DNA of 64,000 bases from Tubulanus polymorphus (lineage: Eukaryota; Animalia; Nemertea), in the NCBI RefSeq assembly GCF_964204645.1, contig NC_134031.1, positions 10,106,001-10,170,000 of the forward strand. The letters are read 5' to 3'. Positions 13,791 to 25,252 of the stretch are shown one piece after another (the stretch's first letter is position 1; every line of letters starts with the position of its first letter). A model generated the notes under the pieces. It saw only the letters and a list, made by a program, of their open reading frames with translations, searched no databases and had not been told where the DNA came from. The position numbers and the translations under genes were made by a program.

Positions 13791-14861
13791 TTGAACTTGG
13801 CTTATTCGAAGATAACCAAAAATATCAAATTTGAGAAATTGTTCGTGTGGTCGGATGGTTGTTCCAACCAATATAAAGGAAAGGGGTCTTTTGGTCATCT
13901 TTCCTTGAGCAAAATTCCGGGACATGAACATCACTTCTTTGGCTCAGAGCATGGGAAAGAGGAGGGGGACAGTGAAATAGGGGTGATTAATCGAAGTGTT
14001 GATCGCGCTATTGCTGGGGGGTTAGTTATTACAGATGCTTTTGACATGTATATTCACTGTAGTAATGAATTAGTTTTGAATGAGGTAACATCAAAAAGAT
14101 CTTTCATCTTTGTTGCTAGAAACGACATTAATAGAAACCGCCCAGAAACCCAAGTTACAACATTGAAGGGCTGTCGAAGCCTGCATGCTTTTCGGGTCAC
14201 TGGGAGGGAGTACGCCTTGTCTGTCAAGCATTTTTCGTGCTTCTGCGGTGGTTGTAAACTAGGCGGCTCGTCGTGTATGAATGGTCCGTACACAGGATGC
14301 TGGGAATCCCGTTGTTTGAAGACACAGCAGGTTGTTACAGTTGAGGTTTATCTGCCGCCCAATCAAGAAAACGATGAAGAAAACGTAGTTCGAGATGAAG
14401 AAAACATATTTCGAGATGAAGAAAACATAGTTCGAGATGAAGAAAACATTATTCGAGATGAAGAAAACATAGTTCGAGATCGCAGAATTCAATGTACGCA
14501 GAATTCAATGTACTCGCAGAATTGCAGAATTCAATGTACGGCCACTGACCTATTAGATTTATCTGTTGGGCTCTAAATAACGGACGAGTACCATGCCGTA
14601 TATTTCGACCGAAACTTTTATATCGGTCGAATTATGAAGATCAATGATAACGATGTTTTAGTGAAATTTCTTCACAGTAATGGTAATCAATTTTCCTGGC
14701 CAAAGAGGGATGATATTGTAACTGTTGACGCACGCCTGCTGTTCCATGGACCGATGGAAATTTCTGGACATGGCCCATTTACATTTAATTATATCGAACA
14801 GATTGAAATTGAGTACAAACAGATTAAGAAATCAATGAAACTAGAAGATGAAAACAATTAA
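13791..14861 (+). pseudogene. Catalytic and C-terminal part of the Sola-type DDD transposase
   Basis: WSDGCSNQYKGK...FFGSEHGKEEGDSEIG, then SCFCGGC; 21-bp RDEENI repeat x5; stop at 14576; continues in ORF 14634-14861. Confidence 0.8.
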
Positions 14862-17800
14862 ATTTAATGTATAATGATAATTGAGAGTTGTATTTGTATC
14901 AAATTGAGAGTTTCATATCGATTGATACTTTTAAATGAGAATTAGTAAAAATTAATCTCTGAAAATTTATTCTTTCATAAGAATGTACGATGTATCTTTA
15001 ATCAATAAATGTGTATAGTTTTTTAAGACGTCAATAAAATGTGTCAAGGTTTTTCCTCAAAAGCAAGCGCATCGAACGTAACCCATCGTGAGCCTCATCA
15101 ATCAATAACCACTCTAACCGGTAAGACACAGTGAGCGTGCGTTGTATTCACACCTTGCGTACGGCTTTACTTATCCTCCCTCTGCAGGGACTCGAACCTG
15201 ATGGCATCGCTACACTCAGCTGCGGCACGAACCCCTGCATCAGTAGACCGGGTGTGCAGGTACATGCGCACTTTGCGCTCGAAAACTGGCGGCACCACAG
15301 ATTGCTCGTTGTATAATCGTTGAGGCAAATTTACCTAGGATAAAACGGAAAATGTTGACTCAAAAAGAACACTTGATTCACATATTCAGGTTTTTTGTGT
15401 ATCGTCGAAGGCAATGTCCCATAAAAGTATGACCTATTCAGATCACAAAAAATGGTTTATTAGGCCACAAGCTCCCAGAATAAAGAAAAGAGAATGCGTC
15501 AAACTCGTGTACCTGTAAAATCTTTATGCTGACCGCTCCCAATCAGTTTGAATTTTTACTGAATTGGGGGCTTAAACTATCTTTATTTTATAAAATTTCA
15601 GTAATTCTAATGTCAGACAACATCGCAGGCAAGTAAAAGCAATTTTAAGGAAGGATTTTTTTATTATACACACAAGTAGCCTATGGTACCCGTTATTGTG
15701 AAATCTGCCATGTGCATTATTCAACACACTGGGGCGGAATTTCCGAAAAATTTCAAATTATCTCAAGGATTTTGGGTGTTGATTAGTCAGCACGGAAAGG
15801 GTTGAAAGTGGGATAGACATGTTCTTGTGGCTTTTTGCTACTATGTGGCTTTCCCATAATTACGTGAGTAGCGCCAGAATTCCAAGAATTTTCTGTATCT
15901 CCCAAACCCAGCCAATCACATTCGCTCATAGAGACGACGCCCCCAATCAAGGTCATTGCAATTTTATATACAAGAGCTAAGAATTTTCCCCCAAAAAACA
16001 GTTTTTCATAGAATTTTAACAAAGTTGACCAAGTCATCGATGGAGGTTTGCCTTCAATCCCAGGCGGACCGCTTTCTTCAACATATGGGACGCACCCGCG
16101 TTCTTAATTTCACGGGAAAAGGGTTATAGAATTGATTCCAATCACGGGCGGACATCCCCGAGATAATTTTTAAAAAGGGGTTGTTTATAAGAAAATACCC
16201 GTGAAAATAAAAATTAGGGTGTATGGATTTCTAAAATGTGACAAAAATTAAAATGTCGAAAATTTTAAATTATCGTTCCCGGTTATCTGTATCCGGGATC
16301 GGTATGAGGATGTTTCGGGATTCGAACCTTGTGTATACTTTGTGTCTTCAAACTAACAAACATGATCCTGAGTCATCTGAAATAGTCAAAGCCCTCCACA
16401 TATCACTTCTTCACCGTAATAATGGCGGATCGACTCGGTTGTACAGCGTGCCCCGAGTGTCCGGCTTATCGGTCCGAAAGTGGTCTTGTCCGCTGTGCCT
16501 ACTGTGGCTGTCCTATGTTACGCCACAAAACGAAACGGAGATTAGGTAGGTGTATCATTTAGAATGATTTATTGCTTCTTCATTGCTGATTAGGCCCAGC
16601 AAAAATACAATTTTCGCGGCCTTGTCGTGTTTTCGGTTATTACAATACAATTACAAAATGTGGAGAAACCCGGAAGTAAACAAACACAGTTATATTTTCA
16701 ACATTTTAATGAATTTTTTCGTTGTTTTAACAACTATCCATATCCATTAGTTTCCAGAAAATGGGGACAAACCCAGGTGGGGTGTATCCAAATGAGAAGG
16801 GTTGGCTAGGCCTATTAATCGCAGAAACAAATTTGTTGTGTATAGGGAGACTTTTCTATGCCCAAATTTTTACTGAAGTATCCCATTTCAGCTAGCAGTA
16901 CCACAACTCGTCGGGAGACCTATGCCCAAATTTGTACAGAAAGTAGGCCTCAATACCATTTCGGCTAGCAGTACCACAATCTCGAAGCGTTATTTGCAGT
17001 GTAGAGTTATCATAATGCTGTTAATTTCAGATGATAGTAACAACAGCTTACCAGTTTCTGATGTAGTTAAGAAAGCAGACCTAGTACCCGAGAAATCGAT
17101 GGAATCTTCAGATATTCTGGAGCCTATGCCAACCCAGATGCTAACTGTATCAACGACTGAAGAAGCAGTTTCGATGACTAATAGCATTGATGATACAGGT
17201 AAGTGTACACCATCTAATGTTTGTGTTCCAGAGATCATTGGTATTTGCATTTCATTTGGCACTTAATAAACAATGCCATGTGCCTTGGATGTGACCTTAT
17301 TGGACATATCTATAAAAAAGTTTTTTGTTCATTTCCAGGTGATGGTTTGCATGATTTTCCTCCTAGCTTAGATGCTGATACTAACACACAGTCCAGGACC
17401 GATAAGACTGACGATAAGAATAGTTCAGGTATGATACTGATACAAACCCAGCCATGAAACCCAGGATATAAACATAAGCCCTACTAGCATTTTACATATT
17501 TCAATGCATGGTAGTTAATTCTGCATGCATTTAAAATGATTGCCAATATGATTCTCTAAAAACCACACAAAATTTGTTCTATTAGTAGGTTCTGTATGAT
17601 GTATACTTCAATTTTATGGTTTATTATTTTGAACATCCTATGCACGACACATTTTTCAGAGGGGGATCGCATCATTCTTTCCACTATATGCACTGCACTT
17701 GTGTTTCATATCACTTGCACGGTTTAGTGTACCTTACTGTAAAATTTGCTTGCATTGTCATTTTACTTTTTACTTATACCAATATTTCCTTTTTGCTACA

Positions 17801-19974
17801 GTCTGAAATTTGGAAAAAATGAAAATACCTATCAGATACTGAAATTTACTATATACCGGTAGTAGATTATGTGTAGAAATTTATGGGATAATGTACTCAT
17901 TGCTTTGTTTTAATTTTTCAGATTACCTCAAGATGCAAACGTACTTCACATCGTCCCTGAATTCGCTTGTTGATAAACAGTTGATAAAGAAGGGTTCATA
18001 CGAGTTGTTGTTCGACGGAACATTCAATGTAGTCAAACTACTGGTAAACCGAAGCTAATAGAGTGTGCCTTGACGAATGTACATGCCCATGTTAAAACCT
18101 CAAAACACAAAGAATTCATCAAAAGAAGTGAAGACAGGGAGAGCACTACAGGTGAAGACCAGCAAATACCGGTAGGAACGAAAAATCCAACTGAAGTTTT
18201 CAGTGAAATTGAGGTTGAATTTCCAAAGCTTTTCACCTTGTTAAATGATGTTTCGAAGATAAGATGTGATAGATGCTTAGTTTGTATTAATCTGTTCCCT
18301 AAGCGTGGCGACATGATGTCACATGTAAAGTCTCACGTAAATTCGTGTAAGAAACCTCAGGAAAATAACCGATGCAGACGACAACTGTCGGTGACATCAT
18401 TTTTTCAGCCTGTTGCCAAGAAGAAGGCATGACTATCCGAACCCAACAAAGATATCAGGAAGTGCCATGGTTTATGGAAAGCTATTTTCTATAACAACGA
18501 GAAATTTGATTTGGAATTACTATATAAGAATTACACTAAAGGCGTTGATGCTTGTGGGAATATCCAGAGTACTCGGTACCGGAGTATGTGAATAATGATC
18601 TAAGTATTCATGGTACAATATTTAGTTCAAGTTGTGTAGGACTAGGAGTGCTCGAAAATCCAAATACTTATATAGAATTTTGTGATCTGCTTAAGTTGAA
18701 ATCCTTTGAAATGAGACCGCGCAGATTGAAAAGTGGGGAAAATACAAACATGGTATTTGTAGTGATTGAACATTTGTACTGCCATCGGGTAGTATTAATA
18801 ACCGATATTTGCTGGATCAGAATAAAACAAAAAAAATTGAAGTCTTAAAAAGAAATTCCAGACGACAGCGACTAATAATTGTCAGGCTTTCTGCAAAACT
18901 GGCCTGGTCTTGGTGTACGAAACGAAAAATAAAGGATGGATTCCTCTCTAACATTGAGAAAGGTGAAATTTCATCAATATGTTCAATCCTCCACAAGGGA
19001 TATAGCAATGGGAAAATTAATGGCAAGGAAATTATCCTGAAATTTGTGAAGAATATATGTGAAAATATGATTAGACCCGTTTCTGGTAGGCGATATTCCC
19101 AGTATACCAAGAACTTATTTGAGGCATTAGGCACCATTGGAGGTCAACGCGCTGCTCGTTTTATGGCAGAGAATGTATTGGGTCCTTCAAGAATGACCAT
19201 AAAACGAAACAAAAGTGAACATACCTTCCAGTATAAACCATCTAGTTTTAGTGGTAGTGAATATGACAAAACATTTCAACAACTTGCTTCAGTGTATGCC
19301 AAGTTAAAATCTCAAAGGAAAATAACTGGTGATGTATTAGTTCAAACTTGTGGAGATGAAACTGTTATCATAAAACAGACAGAGAGGGATCGTAAATCGA
19401 ATGAAGGATGGGGTTGGTGTGGCCCTGATGAAAACCATCAGTGTCAAATTGATTATGTAGTTGTCGTTGGTGATGATGAAGCGGCATTTGATGAATTGGT
19501 CCAAGCATTCCGTAACAATCGGCTTGGAGGATTCGCCAGGGTAATTATGCTTAAACCGTTAGTTAAGGAACTTCCGCCTGTTGTCATATCACTCTCTGCT
19601 ACCTGTAACACATTTACGCATGTTGATGTACTCCAGCAACAGGAAGAAATCCAGGAGAAATATAATAGATACATGTTACCTGTTTTGGGGCCACTTGTTG
19701 GTAATGCATCAGATGGGGATTCCAGGAGAAGAAAAATACACCTGTACAGGAGTTTATCTGCTGATGGAATGAGGTATAAGAAAAACTGCGATAACTTTAC
19801 GCATAGTGGTCAATTAGTGATGATCAATGATAGGCAGTATGTCTAGCATCTGGCTGACCAGGATTTCATTCATAATGCAAAAAAAATGGTTAACCACCTG
19901 AACCACCCATCACGAATACTAAAAGTTGACACCAATTTGATACATATGAATCACATTGAAATTTTATTAGATAG

Positions 19975-21209
19975 CAGGGTTCATTGTCTCGAGCTCAGGT
20001 GAAATTCAAGCCATTTCAAGCTAGATTTATACAATTTTCAAGCTATTTTTTAAGGCACGTTGGAAGCAATTTTCAATAGTCGCAGCCAATTTGCCTATTT
20101 TAACATGTTCGTATAAAAATGTTAAAAAAGGGGTAAAATTTTGATTCCAGTGGAACCTCCGAGTTGATACGATTCTGTTAGAGATGAAACCCGTTTATCA
20201 CAATGATTTTCAGCATTTCCTAGCTTAAATATTCATATCAATCAAGATTTGGATATTAGGCCATCCCAAATTAATTGTCTGTTTTTCCGTTACACCTACT
20301 AAAATTTTTGGGATAAGTAAGTAGGATGGTAGAATAATTTTTTTTTGCAAAATTTTGGGGCAAAAAAAACAACAAATTTATCATCACCTCTTTTAGTTGA
20401 AACAATATCCCAAATCTGCGTTCAAAATGAAACAGTAGATTGAATATATGCACACTATAACATATCCAGCTTTAATATAGGCCTAGTCACTAAAAATGAA
20501 TGGCAGCTTATTGGAACACTGCCAGTTTCCTTGAAAACTTCAACTATAGTCGAGGCATGTTTTCACACGATGCACACTTAACTTCAAACATACGTAGCTC
20601 AGACATCGGCAGTGGGTCAGCCATTTGTATCAAAAATAAAATTTATTTCAGTGAATCCAAGAAAAAAGTTTCCACTCGGCACCTTTGAAGTCGGGTCGGT
20701 CGGGTGACGGCAAACAGACCTTTATTATTGGATGGCCTAATACGCAATTTGTAATGTTCAATGACTCTGACTAGGTTGTGGTGCCTTCAACATGGCTCTC
20801 ACACCTGGTGTGGGATTTCAATGCCATTTTACATCAATGCTCGATAACATGCATGACTGAAATTTCCCCATATGTTCAAGTCTCCAGACACCGGAGAGTT
20901 TCACCACAAGTCGCAGTGCAAGCGAGTCTCACGATTCAATACAATTCAATTAATTTCTTTAAGGATGCCTAAAACATGATGCACGCGTAGAAACGACTCA
21001 AGAACATATTCTGTCTGCAATTCCATCGAAAAACATTCGCGAAGAAGAAAATTTGTGATAATCAAGCATTTCAAGCCATATCTTTTTATTTCAAGTCAAA
21101 AATAATTATTTCAAGCTTTCGATCTATTTTCAAGCTTTTTTCAAGCACTTGAGTAGTATTTCTCAAATTCAAGCAATTTCAAGCTTTTCAAGCACCGCGA
21201 CGAACCCTG
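19975..21209. mobile_element. Non-autonomous hAT5-like element
   Basis: gatag|CAGGGTTC ... GAACCCTG|gatag (5-bp TSD); subterminal TTCAAG repeats; interrupts the transposase frame. Confidence 0.82.
20259..20737. mobile_element. Zator/Harbinger-like MITE nested in the hAT5-like element
   Basis: tta|GGCCATCC...GGATGGCC|taa; imperfect ~35-bp TIR with cgaccgacc subterminal motif; TWA flanks. Confidence 0.7.
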
Positions 21210-23511
21210 GATAGATTCGATAGCAGTACTCATCATTTGAGGAAGGGATGACCGCCAGAACTGGGAAAGCGCCCAAAAACTGTTTTTCCCAGTCGTCCGT
21301 GAGTTACTGAAGAAAGTAAGAACTGGTGAATCGCAGCTGCAGGAAAATGTTGATGGCACAATACTATTCCTTGAACTGTGTTGGGAATTTGTAGAAATTT
21401 ACTATTCATTGAGTGCTTCGTTATCGCAAAGGGTGCAATATGCCTCATTTATCACAAAAACATTAAGAATATGGAGATTGTGGGTCTTCAGAACTCAGGG
21501 CTTGCACTTGAAAACAAACTTTCTTACACGGGAGACCTACCAAGATATGTTGATTGGGCGCCATCACAGTGTAAATGTGATTCGTGCTTGCCGTGATTTT
21601 GCCCCTGGACATCCAGTTGATCTAAGCCTTACCGGGTCAGATTCATGTGAATAATTCTTCAGTCAAAATGGAAGTTTCATTTTGAATAAACACAACTACT
21701 CGATTAAGGATATGTATTATAATTTGTGTAGTATGAACCGCCTTAGTGAAATATTGGCGTCAGATGATGGCCCTACACTCACAAAGAAACACCGTAAAAA
21801 TGAAAATATATGGAGGAAAGGAAACATTCCATCAAATCCACCACCAGATCTCATGAACTATCCTGAGGATGATGAAATAATGATAAGCTGGATGAATGGA
21901 CTAAGTGAAGCACAGGATAGGATGCGAGAATTTGATATTAAACCACAGACAGAAGATGTCTATGTTCAGCATAATGAGTGGTTTTTCAAACCATAAAGAA
22001 TAAGTGCTACCAGAGAGAAAGCCATACTCGAACAAATGGGAATCATTAATGCTGATATTGATGGAGAAGATGTTGGTGAAATCAATATCGATGTAAATGA
22101 AAATGGGGAAAATGCTCTCATGGAAGCCCACGGCATGGATGACTCCCGGGATGACTTCGCCCAAGAACTAAGAGACACTGCTGATGATCCAAATTTGGAT
22201 GATGAGCATGCCGAAGATGGAATCAAACAATCAAAAGTTACCCATTCAACAACTATTAAGGTACCTGGAATTGGCCCTGTGCACAAATCAACGCTATTCA
22301 GTTTACTCAATAAAGAGTCCAGGGATCTTTCAAAAGACCGGTTACGTCGGGTGAAAGCCAGGTCTACCAGTGCTGATACATCTAATTTGGATTTCCTTGA
22401 ATCTGAGATAGATCCTAATGAAATAGGACTTTCAGATGATGTTGCGATTTATATCAAGGATAAGGGTTCTAGTGAAACATTCATAATTGGGCGGGTACAG
22501 AGAATCAGGAATCGGGATGGACGGGCTATGGAGTACCATAATAAGGTTAAAATTGATCTGTTTCCTAAAGTTGTTTTACTGGTGTATGTTTATGAACAAG
22601 CTGAAAGTGACAGACAATATAAATATACAGACAGTTTGGGAGAATTCTACCTATCTAATGTCATCCAACAAGTTAGATTAGAGAAAGCTGAACTCAGATA
22701 CACACTAAATGAGGATGATGATAGATCCATCCGGGAATTCCTAAGTGATGTATCAACGAAACCGCTCTCCAAACCAGCACATACAGCGACAAAAAATCAT
22801 CCAGAACGAATGGTCAATTCTACTAACACAAACACTGTGACAGGTTAGTACATATTTGTTTTATTAATTCTCATTTCATTTACCTGTCAAGCCATTATGG
22901 TGTCTTTAAGGGTTCTTCAATTATGCCAGACAGTCCATACACGTTATGCATATAATATTAATTATGATATTGTAATTACAATAGGAACTATAGAATGACA
23001 AGCATACACACATGGCAATGAATATGAGAGGATATCAGCCCTATGAGTGTAGATAATGGGTTGAAAAGATTTCTGAAGTTATGTACTTAAAGCTTTTCAA
23101 TATTATTACAGGGGCACTTGATGATGGCCGGCATGTAACTATGGTTCTGCCAGGGGTTCTACCTACCACATCAACTGTAGCCAGGCGATCATCGAGAGCC
23201 AGGAAAGTGGTCCATTTTGATCATGTGTGAACGGTAAGATGTAAATAAAGCTATTTTTCATTATAAAGCTTCATAGTTTAACCTCCCTACTTTTTGCAAA
23301 AAAAGGGGCTGTTTCAATGAAATCAGCCTAGAATTTCTCCGAAAAGGGGTCATTTGGAGAAACCCATAAAATCTAGGAATGGGTCATTTTTCATGAAAAA
23401 GAACGAGCATGTGCTACCTTATGCTGAAGGAAGTGGTCCGTCCGGGCCTTCAATCGCATCAATTAATACGTCATTTAGGCCGAGAACCCATGAAACAAAT
23501 GCTTACATAAA

Positions 23512-25252
23512 AAATTAGGGGTCCAGGGACACCATGCCCACTTGGGAGTGGTTACAAACGCTCAACAATCTAACAATTTCAATATTCTATGCCCCCTAGT
23601 GACCATATACAAAAACCAATGACTTTGAAACTCACCACAAGCATAGAATATGTCAGCAGCTATGATTTTGAAATTGATTGTGATAACAAAATATGCTTCG
23701 TTACCAATATAATAAGGAAATACCAAGTCATTCTACTATTCAACGCCCCCTGGTGACCATATGCAAAACCCAATGACCCTGAAACTCACCACAATCATAG
23801 AACATGTCATGAACTACAACTTTGCAATTGATCATGGTAACCAAATATCCCTAGGCACCAATCTAATAAGGAAATACCAAGTTCTTCTACTATTCAATGC
23901 CCCCTGGTTACCAAATAGAATAACTTATGTCCTTGAAACTCACCACAATCATAGACGATGACATGAGCTACAACTTTGCAATTGATTGTGGTAACAAAAT
24001 ATGCGTAGGTACAAATATAATATAGAAGTACTAAGTTATTGTATTATTTAACGCCCCCTGGTGACCATATGCAAAACCCAATGACCTTGAAACTCACCAC
24101 AATCGTAGAACATGTCATGAACTACAACTTTGTAATGGATCATGGTAACAAAATAGCCCTACGTACCAATCTAATAAGGAAATACTAAGTTATTCTACTA
24201 TTCAACGCCCCCTGGTGACCATATGCAAAACCCAATTACCTTGAAACTCACCACAATCATAGAACATGTCATGAACTACAACTTTGCAATTGATCATGGT
24301 CACAAAATATCCCTAGGTACCAATCTAATACGGAAATACCAAGTTCTACTATTCAACGCCCCCTGGTGACCATATAGAACAACTTATGTCCATGAAACTC
24401 ACCACAATCATAGACGATGTCATGAGCTACAACTTAGCAATTGATTGTGGTAATAAAATATGCGTAGCTACAATACTGTAATACTATAATATAGAAATAC
24501 TAAGTTATTGTATTATTCAATGCCCCCTGGTGGCCATACACAAAAAGCAATGAAACTCACCATAATCATAGAGAACGTTATGAGCTGCAACTTACCAATA
24601 CATTGTGGTAACACAATATGCTTAGTAATCAATATAATGTGGAAAAACTTTTTCCCACCTACGAATGAGTACTGATGACGCCAAGATGGCTGCCGATTGC
24701 GCCATAATTGGCTCATCAAATATACATGTCTCAGGTATAAAACATCCTTTTCCAAAGAATACCCATCACAAATTGCAATGAGAAATGGCAAACCAGGAAG
24801 CTACAGGACTCAGAATTTGGGCCAAAATTTACATTTTGGCCACTTAAAAGGTCATAGGACGGCCATCTTGAGTACGATCGACCCAATTTTTCTTATGTTG
24901 ATGGGCCCTTGGGGGATTCAAATATATACAAACAATCAAGGTAATTGATGAAAGCGTCTTCAAAATTTCCCTCAAAAACTTCGAAAATGTGTAAAAAGTG
25001 CTGATTTTGGCCAACAACAATGGCTGCTAGTAGGCCATCTTGAATCTGACAGGGCCAGTTTTTGGGCAGAAGATGTATCTAGGGTAGATACATGTATAAA
25101 CCAAATATCAAGGCATTACCTTGACGCGTCTTCAAAACTTCCCTAAATAACTGGATTCCGTCCACGGATGGACGAACGCTACGACGGACGGACAGACGAA
25201 CGGACGGACGATAAGTGAACGCAATAGACCACTGGGACTTAAGTCCCAAGTG
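23512..25252 (-). mobile_element. Helentron-type family 1 full copy, 7 internal units (terminus resumes at 28021)
   Basis: Both ends present; inserted in an A-run of family B with no TSD; terminal hairpin split by the 25253-28020 element. Confidence 0.85.

Larger units (their letters stand above)
9362..15709 (+). mobile_element. Sola-type (Sola2-like) DNA transposon, disrupted
   Basis: 29-bp TIR GGCAGATTTCACAATAA(T/C)GGGTACCATAG with 1 mismatch; TSD ATGT at 9358-9361 and 15710-15713; internal transposase remnants. Confidence 0.85.
16422..23230 (+). pseudogene. Spliced P-like transposase pseudogene
   Basis: Phase-compatible exons 16422-16545, 17031-17198, 17339-17428, 17922-22843 (with stops, frameshifts and a nested insertion) and about 23112-23230, then AATAAA. 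Motifs: GRRYS...GG...GPS, GDET, ASDGDSRRRK, DQDFIHNAKK, DRQNWESAQKLF, GSDSCExFFS. Confidence 0.75.
16059..23446 (+). mobile_element. Large intron-containing P-element-like DDE transposon, decayed
   Basis: Imperfect ~55-bp TIR (CCCAGGCGGACCGCTTTCTTCAACATA vs CCCGGACGGACCACTTCCTTCAGCATA); 8-bp TSD CCTTCAAT at 16051-16058 and 23447-23454; it splits a family B repeat. Confidence 0.85.

Noticed and set aside
9039-15806. TTAACCCT...AGGGTTGA as a piggyBac enclosing the Sola element
   Set aside because: The ends match for only about 4 bp and the right TTAA is absent.
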